From the NCBI GenBank assembly GCA_035765735.1, contig DASTWY010000068.1, forward strand, positions 44,893-108,892: a stretch of 64,000 bases of DNA. The letters run 5' to 3'. A program made the translations under genes and the position numbers. This document shows positions 18,585 to 26,986 of the stretch, in pieces (the stretch's first letter is position 1; the number at the start of each line of letters is the position of its first letter). This stretch comes from Baekduia sp. GTDB taxonomy: Bacteria > Actinomycetota > Thermoleophilia > Solirubrobacterales > Solirubrobacteraceae. Below the pieces are notes generated by a model, which was not told where the DNA came from, made no database searches, and saw nothing but the letters and a program-made list of their open reading frames with translations.

Positions 18585-19496
18585 TCAGGCGGCGACGGGC
18601 GCCCGCGTCCCGCGCGGGACGACCAGCAGCGGGCAGTGCGCGTGGTGCACGGCGGCGGCGCTCGTGCTGCCGAGGGCGACACGGCGCAGCGGTCCGCGCC
18701 GGCGCGAGCCGACGACGAGCAGGTCGACGTCGAGCGTGAGCGCCTCGAGCTCGGCGGTCAGCGGCCCCTGCCCGATGAGCGCGGCGGCCGGGACGCGCCG
18801 CCGGGCCAGCGACGTCACGTGCTCGAGGTCCCGGGCCGCCTGCGCGCGCGCTTCGGCGTAGTAGTCCGCGAAGGACGCCGGGTGCAGCGCCGGGGCCGCC
18901 AGCGGCGGCGCCGGCTCGACGACGTGCAGGATGCGCACGTCGGCGCCGGCCCGCTCGGCGAGGTCGACCGCGGTCGCCAGCGCCGCCTCGGCCTCGGGCG
19001 AGCGGTCCCACGCGACGCCGATGGTCCGCAGGCCCGGTCCGGGCGTCCGTCGCCGGTCGGCGTCGGGCACGACGAGCACGGGGCACGATGCATGGCGCAG
19101 CGCGCCCAGCGCGATGTCGCCGCGGACCGAGCGGACCGCCGTGCCGAGATGACCCGCCCCGAGGACCAGCAGCGCGGCCTCGTGCTGCTCGGCGAGGCGG
19201 TCGAGGCCCTCGACGACGGTCGGCGCGGTGGTGGTCGCCGCCGCGCACGGGACGTCGTCCGGGACCAGCCCGCAGAACCCGGACACGACGTCGCGCACGT
19301 CGGCCTCCTGCGCGGCGGCATCGGGATACGGTGGCACCCACCCGGGCGCCACCGCGCGCCCGACGCCCGCGCGCGTGCCGCCGACGCCGCCCAGCACGAT
19401 CGGCGCCTCCAGCAGCCGGGCCATGGCGACGCCGAGGGCGACGGCCTCGTGGCCGGCCTCGCCGGCGGCGACGGCGACGACGACGGGCTGGGTCAT
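18585..19496 (-). CDS. Tandem universal stress protein (two UspA domains)
   Basis: There are two USP halves, each ending in an ATP-binding-like motif: LLVLGAGHLG...ALRHASCPVLVVP and LLVVGSRRRGPLRRVALGSTSAAAVHHAHCPLLVVP. It overlaps the upstream DUF4389 gene by 4 nt. Confidence 0.88.
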   Translation of the reverse strand: MTQPVVVAVAAGEAGHEAVALGVAMARLLEAPIVLGGVGGTRAGVGRAVAPGWVPPYPDAAAQEADVRDVVSGFCGLVPDDVPCAAATTTAPTVVEGLDRLAEQHEAALLVLGAGHLGTAVRSVRGDIALGALRHASCPVLVVPDADRRRTPGPGLRTIGVAWDRSPEAEAALATAVDLAERAGADVRILHVVEPAPPLAAPALHPASFADYYAEARAQAARDLEHVTSLARRRVPAAALIGQGPLTAELEALTLDVDLLVVGSRRRGPLRRVALGSTSAAAVHHAHCPLLVVPRGTRAPVAA

Positions 19497-20146
19497 GGCG
19501 TGAGCCGGAACGGCGGATAGGCGTCGGTGACCAGCACCCAGGCGTAGGCGACGACGCGCACGTGCCAGCGGCCCACGCCGACGACGTAGTCGAACAGCGC
19601 GCGCGGATAGCGGCCGGTGAAGAGGATCGCGAACCAGGCGGCGATCACGGCGCCGACCACCCCGAGGTAGAGGAACGCCAGCACGATGTAGTGCGGGATG
19701 GCGAGGAACCACTTGACCAGCGGCAGCCACCGGTTGAGCGCCTGGCCGTCGGGCTCGGGCAGCTCGAGGTGGACCGACTGCTGCTCGTCGGTCGACGGAT
19801 AGCGGTCGTTGAGGAGCGCGGCGTAGGCGGCGACGCGCGCGGCGAAGCGGATCAGCTCGCGGTTGAACTCGAACCACCAGCGCGGGTACTTGCGCCGGAA
19901 GAGGAGCAGCAGCAGCGGCGGCAGGAACAGCAGCCCCGTGCCGCCGATGGCGATCGTCGTGGTGTTGCCGGCGCTGGTGTTCCACGACGTGCTCCAGCCG
20001 CCGATCGCGCCGAGCACGATGGCGATCGGGATCAGGTAGAACGGCCGCAGCGCCGACGACAGCCGGTCGAGCTGGCGGTCGGGAAAGTCGACGTCGAGGC
20101 TCGCATCGGGCCCGCCGGCGTAGGGGATCGCGGTGGTGGTGGCCAT
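19493..20146 (-). CDS. DUF4389-like integral membrane protein
   Basis: Motifs: RLSSALRPFYLIPIAIVL, RRKYPRWWFEFNRELIRF, WFLAIPHYIVLAFL, and WFAILFTGRYPRALFDYVVGVGRWHVRV. The family assignment is from memory. Confidence 0.75.
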   Translation of the reverse strand: MATTTAIPYAGGPDASLDVDFPDRQLDRLSSALRPFYLIPIAIVLGAIGGWSTSWNTSAGNTTTIAIGGTGLLFLPPLLLLLFRRKYPRWWFEFNRELIRFAARVAAYAALLNDRYPSTDEQQSVHLELPEPDGQALNRWLPLVKWFLAIPHYIVLAFLYLGVVGAVIAAWFAILFTGRYPRALFDYVVGVGRWHVRVVAYAWVLVTDAYPPFRLTP

Positions 20147-20241
20147 GGGCGCGACGGTACGTCGCCCCGGCGGGCGCGCCATCCGCAAGGGGGCGCAGGG
20201 CCCGCGCGGGAAGTCCGCAGCAGCGGACCGGGCCTCTGCGG

Positions 20242-21531
20242 CTACGGCACGCCGAGCGGCAGCGTGTCGACCTTCGTGCGGCCGTCGCGGAAGCGCGCGA
20301 CGATGCGCAGCTCGCCGGTGACGAAGCTTCCGTCGTAGACGGCGAGGATGGCGTGCGCGGGGCCGGCGGGGACGAGGGTGCGGACGTCGCGCGGGGTCTG
20401 CAGCGTCACGGAGACGACGCCGGGCGCGGCGCGGCCGCCGAGGATCGTCGTGCCCGGTTGCGTGCGACGGGCGACGCGGCCGGCGCGCGCCGGGTCGGCG
20501 CCCTCCTCGGGCAGCGGACCGCTGCCGCCGCTCATGGTCAACACGACGGGGTGCTCGCGCAGGAGCGCGGCCGTTCCCGACCCGGCGCAGCCGATGCCTC
20601 CGCTCAGGCGGTTCTCGACGAGGACGTCGAGCTGATAGTCCACGCTCCCGGCGCGGTCCCCGACGGCGCGGGGACCGGTGGCCGTGCACCAGCCGTGCGT
20701 GCTGTCATGGCGGACGGTGAGCGCGAACGGCAGCCCGCCGTTGGGGTCGGGAGCCCTCGTGGCGAGGTGCCATGTGCCGTCGCCGGGCATGCCGGACGGC
20801 TCGGGAGCCCGGACCACGCGGCCGCCGGCGTACCGGACGACCGCCCGCGCCCCGCCCGGGCTCGCGGAGCCGTCGGCGAGCACGAGGAATGCGTGATGCG
20901 GGGTGGGCGGTGGGGTGATCCGACGGCCCGCGAGGCGGACGTCGACGCGGCGCGCGGCGCGCCCGGCGACGCCCCACGCGATGGTCGACTTCACCCGTGC
21001 CGCCGAGCGTGCCGGATCGGTGATGGTCGACAGCGTCGCGAAGTCCGGGTGTCCGGCGAGATCGGGCTGCGGCGAGCCGCACCACCACGTCTGGCTGCCG
21101 CCGATCTGCGGCCGGATGCGCCTGAAGGTGCCCGCGGCGTCCAGCCATCCGAAGCGACCGCGGTACATCCGGCCCAGCTGCGCGCAGAGGTCGCGGCCGA
21201 CGACGGGGTCTGCGCCCGGGCGGCGCATCCCGCGCCGGACCACGCGGTCGGCGCGGAAGACGCGCACCGCCCAGTCCGGGCCGCCGAGCGGGTCCTTGGC
21301 GCGGGCCTCGACCCGCGGCTGGCCGTGGAGGCGCAGCCGCACGTCGCCGGCCGCGCGCAGCGGCCGTCCGACGCGCAGCACGGTGGCCGGGCCGAGCGGC
21401 ACGGCGGCGGCCGGCGGCGCGGCGCGCGCGGCGAGGTGGTCGGCACCCGATCGGGGGATGGCGATCGCGGCGATCGTGCCGGCCACCAGGCCGGCGACGA
21501 TGCCGACCAGGACGATGGAGCGCGTGGTCAT
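20242..21531 (-). CDS. Hypothetical N-terminally anchored/secreted protein, paralog of the ectodomain of 21528..22757
   Basis: The start MTTRSIVLVGIVAGLVAGTIAAIAI forms a TM/signal anchor. It shares the pattern W-x-(L/V)RV...C...G...GRFG...G-x-FR with the upstream gene. The start overlaps the upstream stop by 4 nt. Confidence 0.7.
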   Translation of the reverse strand: MTTRSIVLVGIVAGLVAGTIAAIAIPRSGADHLAARAAPPAAAVPLGPATVLRVGRPLRAAGDVRLRLHGQPRVEARAKDPLGGPDWAVRVFRADRVVRRGMRRPGADPVVGRDLCAQLGRMYRGRFGWLDAAGTFRRIRPQIGGSQTWWCGSPQPDLAGHPDFATLSTITDPARSAARVKSTIAWGVAGRAARRVDVRLAGRRITPPPTPHHAFLVLADGSASPGGARAVVRYAGGRVVRAPEPSGMPGDGTWHLATRAPDPNGGLPFALTVRHDSTHGWCTATGPRAVGDRAGSVDYQLDVLVENRLSGGIGCAGSGTAALLREHPVVLTMSGGSGPLPEEGADPARAGRVARRTQPGTTILGGRAAPGVVSVTLQTPRDVRTLVPAGPAHAILAVYDGSFVTGELRIVARFRDGRTKVDTLPLGVP

Positions 21532-22757
21532 GGGGTCGTCGGCATGGGTGGCGCGTGAGTGGGCGGCAGTGGGTGGCGCACGAGCCCGTGGCTGCCGTGG
21601 ACGATCAGCGGTCGCCCGTCGCGCCGGCGGACGCGGACGGTGAGCGAGCGCGGGTCGACGCTCGGGGGGTAGACGGCGAGGAAGCTCTGCGCGCCGGGCA
21701 CCAGGCGCAGCCGCTGAGCCGGCCGGCCGCGGCGCTGGACGCTCACCGCCGCGACATCGTCGCCGGCGGCGCCCCAGACGGCGGTGCGGGCGGGATGGCC
21801 GCCCCAATGGCCGTCGCCCTGCGGCTGGACCGGCGTGCCGCCCGTGCCGGGCGCGATGCGCCGCACCGCGAAGAAGACGCCGTGGCGCCGGAGGCCGTCG
21901 CCGAGGTCGCCGCAGGCGGCCGGGCTGACCGGCGGCGACGGCCCGGGCCGCGCCGGCAGGAAGGAGACGCAGGTGCGGCGGTCGCCGCTCACGCGGAAGC
22001 TCTGCGTGCGCCACGCCCCGCCGCCGGCCGGGTCGGGCACCACCGAGGGGCTGCGCCCGAGGGCGTGCACCTCGCGCCGGCCGTCGCCGAACCGCAGGAT
22101 CACGCGGATCGCCAGGTCCTCCGGGTAGCCGCGCAGCGGCAGCACGAACGTGCCGCCCTTGCCGACCGGTGGGCGCCGGCGCCGGCCGCCCGCCGTCACC
22201 GTCACGCTGCGCAGGCCCGGGCCGGCCACGCCGCTGACCACCGTGCGGACGGTCGCGCGACGGCGCGCGTCGAAGACGCGGGCGCCGATCAGCGAGGCGG
22301 CATCGCGACGCTCGATCCCGCACGAGTCGCTGACGCCGTCGGCGAGCACCCGGAAGCGCCCGTCCAGGCCCACGAGCCCGAAGCGCCCGTCACGCACCTG
22401 CCCCACGGTGCTGCACAGCAGACCCGTACGGCTGCGCGCCACCCGCAGCGTCCAGGGCGGCGCGCCGGGATCGGGATCCGCGGCGCGCAGCTCGCTGATC
22501 CGGGCGGTTCCCGGCGCCGGCGTCTGCTCAGGCGGCACCGCGACCGGCGCCGGGATGACCGCGCCGCGCAGGGCCAGCAGCGTCCCCGCGGCCGCAGATC
22601 CCGCCGAGAGGACCAGCAGCGTCGCCGCGATCGGCAGCGACCGCAGGGGGGATCGCCGGCGAGGGCGGCGCTGCCCCTCGCCGGCGGTCTCCGCCGCGGC
22701 CAGCCGCCGGGCGGCCGCCACGAGGTCGCGCTCGAGGCCGTCGATGAAGTCGGTCAC
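21528..22757 (-). CDS. Putative anti-sigma factor-like single-pass membrane protein
   Basis: It sits immediately downstream of the ECF sigma with a 4-nt overlap. It has a short cytoplasmic N-terminus, the TM segment LPIAATLLVLSAGSAAAGTLLAL, and a large ectodomain. No ZAS (HxxxCxxC) motif was seen. Confidence 0.65.
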   Translation of the reverse strand: MTDFIDGLERDLVAAARRLAAAETAGEGQRRPRRRSPLRSLPIAATLLVLSAGSAAAGTLLALRGAVIPAPVAVPPEQTPAPGTARISELRAADPDPGAPPWTLRVARSRTGLLCSTVGQVRDGRFGLVGLDGRFRVLADGVSDSCGIERRDAASLIGARVFDARRRATVRTVVSGVAGPGLRSVTVTAGGRRRRPPVGKGGTFVLPLRGYPEDLAIRVILRFGDGRREVHALGRSPSVVPDPAGGGAWRTQSFRVSGDRRTCVSFLPARPGPSPPVSPAACGDLGDGLRRHGVFFAVRRIAPGTGGTPVQPQGDGHWGGHPARTAVWGAAGDDVAAVSVQRRGRPAQRLRLVPGAQSFLAVYPPSVDPRSLTVRVRRRDGRPLIVHGSHGLVRHPLPPTHAPPMPTTP

Positions 22758-23320
22758 CGCTGCCCCTCCTCCTCGAGCTGACGGCGCAGGCCGGAGAGCC
22801 CGCGGGAGACGCGCTGGCGGACGACCGCCTCGGAGACCTGCAGCTCGCTCGCGATCTCGCGGTACTCCCGCTCGTGCACCACCCGCGCGAGCACGGCCTC
22901 CCGCTGGTCGGGCGGCAGGTCGGCGACCAGCGCGTCGGCGTCGAGGCCCTGCGAGACGTCGACGAGCTCCTCGATGCGCTCGAGGTCGGCGTCGGTGAGC
23001 GTCCGTGGCGGGATGCCCAGGCGCTGGCGGGCACGCGCCTCGACGCGGCCGCGGCGGAGGCTGTCGATGAGCCGGCCGCCGGCGATCGACAGCAGCCAGG
23101 CGCGGGCCGGCCCGCGCCGGGCGTCATAGCGGTGCGCCTGCTCCAGCGCCGACGCGAAGACCTCGGCGCAGAGGTCGGCCGCGAGCTCGGGGCCGCGCGT
23201 GCGTGAGAGCAGGTAGGCGAGGACGGCGCGCACGTGGCGCCGGTAGAACACGGCGAAGGCCTCGGGGTCGGCAGGGGTGGCGGACAGCAGGGCGGCGTCG
23301 GAGCGGCGGTCGGGGCCCAC
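22754..23320 (-). CDS. ECF-type RNA polymerase sigma-70 family factor
   Basis: Region 2 (FAVFYRRHVRAVLAYLLSRT...AEVFASALE) and region 4 (LPPDQREAVLARVVHEREYREIASELQVSEAVVRQRVSRGLSGLR) are present. GTG start with an AAGGA RBS. Confidence 0.88.
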   Translation of the reverse strand: MGPDRRSDAALLSATPADPEAFAVFYRRHVRAVLAYLLSRTRGPELAADLCAEVFASALEQAHRYDARRGPARAWLLSIAGGRLIDSLRRGRVEARARQRLGIPPRTLTDADLERIEELVDVSQGLDADALVADLPPDQREAVLARVVHEREYREIASELQVSEAVVRQRVSRGLSGLRRQLEEEGQR

Positions 23321-23476
23321 GTGTCCTTAGTACGAAGTGCGCGCAGCGTTGTGACGGCGACTTTGCGCTACGTCGATTGCAGCAGTGCCGCCGCGGAACG
23401 GGCTCCGACGCGGGGGACAAGGCCGCGGTCACGGTGTTGTCCGCTGCGCAGCGCCGGCGGCTGCCAGAGTCCCGGC

Positions 23477-24856
23477 ATGGCCTCCACCGCCCCGACCCTC
23501 GACCGCGAGCGCGCCGCCACGATCCTCGACCGCGAGCGCTCGACCTTCGCGGAGCGCAACCCGCGGTCCGTCGCGCTCGCCGAGCGGGCGCGCGGCTCGC
23601 TGCTGCACGGCGTGCCGATGCCGTGGATGGCCAAGTGGGCGGGCGGCGCGCCGCTGTTCCTGGCCGAGGCCCACGGCAGCCGCGTCGTGGACGTCGACGG
23701 CCACGCCTACGTCGATGTCGCCCTCGGGGACACCGGAGCGATGCCCGGGCACTCCCCGGAGCCGACCGTCGACGCGGTCATCGAGCGCCTGCGCGACCGC
23801 GGCGGGATCACCGCGATGATGCCGACCGAGGACGCGATCGCCGTCGGCGACGAGCTGGCGCGGCGCTTCGGCGTCCCGGCCTGGCAGTTCACGCTCAGCG
23901 CCACCGACGCCAACCGCTTCATCCTGCGGATGTGCCGGCAGGTCCAGCGCCGGCCGAAGGTCCTGATCTTCCAGTGGTCCTACCACGGCACCGTCGACGA
24001 GACCGTCGCCGCCCTCGACGCGAACGGGCGCGTCGTGCCCAAGCCCGGCAACGTCGGCCCCGCCGTCGACCCGGCCGTGACGACGAAGGTGGTCGAGTTC
24101 AACGACATCGACGCGGTCCGCGCCGCCCTGGCCGACCGCGACGTCGCCTGCGTGCTGGCCGAGCCGGCGATGACCAACGTCGGCATGGTCCTGCCCGCGC
24201 CCGGCTTCCTGCAGCAGCTGGAGGAGGCCTGCGCGGAGACCGAGACGCTGCTGGTCTACGACGAGACGCACACCTTCAGCGCCGGCCCGGGCGGCTGCGT
24301 GCGCGCCTGGGGCCTGAAGCCCGACGCGGTCACGCTCGGCAAGGCGCTGGGCGCCGGCGTGCCGATCGGCGCCTACGGCCTGAGCGCCGAGCTGCGCGAC
24401 CGCGTGCTGGCCGACACCGAGGGCGACTACCTCGACTGGGGCGGCGTCGGCGGCACGCTGGCCGGCAACGCGCTCTCCCTGGCCGCCGCGCGCGCGACGC
24501 TGACGGAGGTGCTCACCGACGACGCGTTCACGCGCATGCACGCCGCCTGCGACCGCTACGTCGCCGGCGTGCGCGAGGTGTTCGCCAAGCACGGCGCGCC
24601 GTGGTGCGTCGTGCAGCTCGGCGCCCGTGCGGAGTTCCACTTCGTCGCCGAGCCGCCCGCCGACGGCGGCGCCGCCCACGCGACGATCGACCCGCTGCTC
24701 GACGACGTCCTGCACGCCGCGCTGCTCAACCGCGGCGTGATGCTGACGCCGTTCCACAACATGGCCCTGATGGGGCCGTCGACGTCCGACGAGGACGTCG
24801 ACGCGGTGGTCGCGGCACTCGACGAGGTCGTCGGCGAGCTCTTCGCGGCGGGCTGA
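23477..24856 (+). CDS. Class-III (PLP) aminotransferase, glutamate-1-semialdehyde aminomutase-like
   Basis: Motifs are YHGT, the DETHT aspartate motif, and the PLP-lysine context DAVTLGKALGAGVPIGAYG. ATG 23477 is in the track frame. Confidence 0.85.
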   Translation: MASTAPTLDRERAATILDRERSTFAERNPRSVALAERARGSLLHGVPMPWMAKWAGGAPLFLAEAHGSRVVDVDGHAYVDVALGDTGAMPGHSPEPTVDAVIERLRDRGGITAMMPTEDAIAVGDELARRFGVPAWQFTLSATDANRFILRMCRQVQRRPKVLIFQWSYHGTVDETVAALDANGRVVPKPGNVGPAVDPAVTTKVVEFNDIDAVRAALADRDVACVLAEPAMTNVGMVLPAPGFLQQLEEACAETETLLVYDETHTFSAGPGGCVRAWGLKPDAVTLGKALGAGVPIGAYGLSAELRDRVLADTEGDYLDWGGVGGTLAGNALSLAAARATLTEVLTDDAFTRMHAACDRYVAGVREVFAKHGAPWCVVQLGARAEFHFVAEPPADGGAAHATIDPLLDDVLHAALLNRGVMLTPFHNMALMGPSTSDEDVDAVVAALDEVVGELFAAG

Positions 24857-24883
24857 GCGCGGGCCGGCGGCCCGCGCCGGGGA

Positions 24884-25549
24884 TCACCGCTGGTCGCCGC
24901 GCCGCAGGCGCCGGGTGGCGCGGCCGACGGCGGCGGCGGCGCCCTCCAGCGGCTCGACGGTCTCGGCCATCGTCTCGGCCGGCCCCTGCAGCCGCTCGAG
25001 CGCCTCGGTGGCCGCGGGGACGAAGCGCATCGCCATCCGCAGCTGCTCCAGTAGGTCGCCCGTGAGGTGCTCGACGCGCTCGGCGGTGGCCGACAGCGCC
25101 TCCTCGCGGGCGACGAGCGTGTCGCCCCGGTCGCGCAGCTGCCGGCCCTCAGCCGCCAGCGCCTTGCCGGTGGCGCCGAGGCGGCCGCCCTCGTCCAGGA
25201 GCTCCGTGCCGGTGGTGGCCAGGCGCCGGCCCTCGTCCAGCAGCGCCTCACCCGTCGCGTGCAGGCGCCGGCCCGCGTCGAGCAGCTCCCGGCCCTCGTC
25301 GCGCAGCTCGCGGGCGCGCACCTCGACGTGCCGGCCGAGATCGCGCAGCTCCGTGCCCAGCGCGACCAGCTCCCCGATCAGCGGGATGGCGGCGCCCAGC
25401 TGTCCGTGCAGCGCGTCGAGGCGGCGACCGAAGTCCCGCACCCACGGCGGCGGCTGCCGCGTGGCCTCCGCCAGCGTGTGGAGGTCGTCGAGCGCCCGCA
25501 CGCCGAGCCGCAGCAGCCACAGCGGGTCACGGAGCAGGCGATCGACCAT
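24884..25549 (-). CDS. Hypothetical coiled-coil protein with ~14-aa tandem repeats
   Basis: It starts 9 nt after the YbjQ stop and is the last gene of the xfp operon. It contains at least 6 repeats of the type ELLDEGRRLATTGT. The opposite-strand ORFs here are Ser/Arg junk. Confidence 0.6.
   Translation of the reverse strand: MVDRLLRDPLWLLRLGVRALDDLHTLAEATRQPPPWVRDFGRRLDALHGQLGAAIPLIGELVALGTELRDLGRHVEVRARELRDEGRELLDAGRRLHATGEALLDEGRRLATTGTELLDEGGRLGATGKALAAEGRQLRDRGDTLVAREEALSATAERVEHLTGDLLEQLRMAMRFVPAATEALERLQGPAETMAETVEPLEGAAAAVGRATRRLRRGDQR
25079..25351. repeat. 42-nt periodic coding repeat (encodes the 14-aa repeats)
   Basis: Examples read directly: CAGGCGCCGGCCCTCGTCCAGCAGCGCCTCACCCGTCGCGTG and CAGGCGCCGGCCCGCGTCGAGCAGCTCCCGGCCCTCGTCGCG. 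The copies are diverged and the boundaries approximate. Confidence 0.7.
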
Positions 25550-25558
25550 GAGCCGGGA

Positions 25559-25882
25559 CTACCCAGCCCTGCGCACCCGCACCGCGGTCCCGTAGGCGCA
25601 GATCTCCGTCCACGTCGTGCCGAGCTCAGAGGTGTCGAAGCGGAACGCCAGCACGGCGTTGGCCCCTCGCGCCTCCGCCTCCTCCACGAGTCGCTCCTGG
25701 GCGTGCTCCCGGCCCTGAGCGAGCATCTTCGTCATGCCCTTGAGCTCGCCGCCCACCAGCGACTTCAGGGACGCTCCGATCTGCGAGCCCACGTTGCGGG
25801 CGCGGACGGTGAGCCCGAAGACCTCGCCGAGGACCTCCTCGACCTCGTAGCCGGGCAGGTCGTTCATGGTGCTGATGAGCAT
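25559..25882 (-). CDS. YbjQ/UPF0145 family protein
   Basis: The 107-aa sequence MLISTMNDLPGYEVEEVLGEVFGLTVRARN...ANAVLAFRFDTSE...YGTAV is a typical YbjQ sequence. Confidence 0.88.
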   Translation of the reverse strand: MLISTMNDLPGYEVEEVLGEVFGLTVRARNVGSQIGASLKSLVGGELKGMTKMLAQGREHAQERLVEEAEARGANAVLAFRFDTSELGTTWTEICAYGTAVRVRRAG

Positions 25883-25903
25883 GGCCCGGACCCTATCCCG
25901 CGA

Positions 25904-26983
25904 TCACGATGCCAGCGCCGCCCGGACCTGGCGGGCGATCTCGAGGTCCTCGCGGGCGACCACGACGTGCGTGCGGACCGTCGCGGCGCCCTCCGCGGTG
26001 ATCTCCGCGTCACCGCTCACCTGCGCGTTGCGCGCGTCGTCGATCCCGACCCCGAGGAACGCCAGCCCGGCCGCCGTGAGCGCGCGCAGCTCCGCCGAGC
26101 GCTCGCCGGCGCGGCCGGTGAACACGAGGTCGTCGAGGCCGCCGAGCGACGCCGCCATCGCGGCGATGCCGGCCCGCAGGCGGTGGACGTAGACGTCGCG
26201 GGCCAGCTGCGCCGGTCCGTCGCCGTCACCTGCCCGCTCCAGCACCGCGCGCAGGTCGGCGGTCCCGGCGAGCCCGAGGAGCCCCGACTCGTGCTCGAGC
26301 GCGTCGGCCAGCTCGCCCGTGGCCATGCCCTCGTGCTCGAGCAGCCACAGCACCAGGCCGGGGTCCACGTTGCCCGAGCGCGTCGCCATCACCAGCCCCT
26401 CGAGCGGGGTGAAGCCCATCGTCGTGTCGACCGAGCGGCCGTCGCGGATGGCGCACAGCGACGCACCCGCCCCGAGGTGGCAGCTGACGACCCGCTCGCC
26501 GGGGACGCGGCGCGCCACCCACGCGTGCGACAGGCCGTGGAAGCCGAAGCGCCGCAGGTTCCATCGCTCCCGCCAGGCCGCCGGCAGCGCGTAGGTCGCC
26601 GCCGCGTCGGGGAGCGTCGCGTGGAACGCGGTGTCGAAGCACGCGACCGCCGGCACGCCGGGCAGCAGGCGGCCGACCGCGTCGACGCCGGCCAGCGACT
26701 TGCCCTGGTGCAGCGGCGCGAGGTCGGCCAGCTCGCGCAGCGCGGCCTCGACGCGGGCGTCGAGCACCACCGCGTCGTGGAAGTGGTCGCCGCCGTGCAC
26801 GACGCGGTGGCCGACGGCGTCGGGCGCGTCCATCCCGGCGTCGCGCAGCGCCGCCTCGAGCTCGCCCGCGTCGACCCGCGCCCGCGGCGCGGCCAGCTCG
26901 CGCTCGGCGACGGTCGCGTCGTCGGCGTCCAGCAGCGAGAGCTTGAGGCTGCTCGAGCCGGCGTTGACGACGAGGACCCGCAC
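25904..26983 (-). CDS. ackA: Acetate kinase
   Basis: Motifs present: VLVVNAGSSSLK, HRVVHGG, FDTAFH, RFGFHGLSH, HLGAGAS, and TRSGNVDPG. It is compact (359 aa). It starts 3 nt after the xfp stop. Confidence 0.9.
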   Translation of the reverse strand: MRVLVVNAGSSSLKLSLLDADDATVAERELAAPRARVDAGELEAALRDAGMDAPDAVGHRVVHGGDHFHDAVVLDARVEAALRELADLAPLHQGKSLAGVDAVGRLLPGVPAVACFDTAFHATLPDAAATYALPAAWRERWNLRRFGFHGLSHAWVARRVPGERVVSCHLGAGASLCAIRDGRSVDTTMGFTPLEGLVMATRSGNVDPGLVLWLLEHEGMATGELADALEHESGLLGLAGTADLRAVLERAGDGDGPAQLARDVYVHRLRAGIAAMAASLGGLDDLVFTGRAGERSAELRALTAAGLAFLGVGIDDARNAQVSGDAEITAEGAATVRTHVVVAREDLEIARQVRAALAS

Positions 26984-26986
26984 CGC

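Noticed and set aside
14971-19341. 1456-aa minus-strand ORF
   Set aside because: It runs through the FG-GAP, PhzF, receiver, kinase and USP genes in a wrong frame. The translation is Arg/Pro/Gly-rich with no domain signatures.
23321-23476. ECF-type autoregulatory promoter (GGAAC / CGT) upstream of the sigma gene
   Set aside because: AAC and CGT elements exist on the relevant strand, but the spacing (about 13 nt) and the distance to the RBS do not fit ECF promoters. A GGAAC on the plus strand has no convincing -10 partner.
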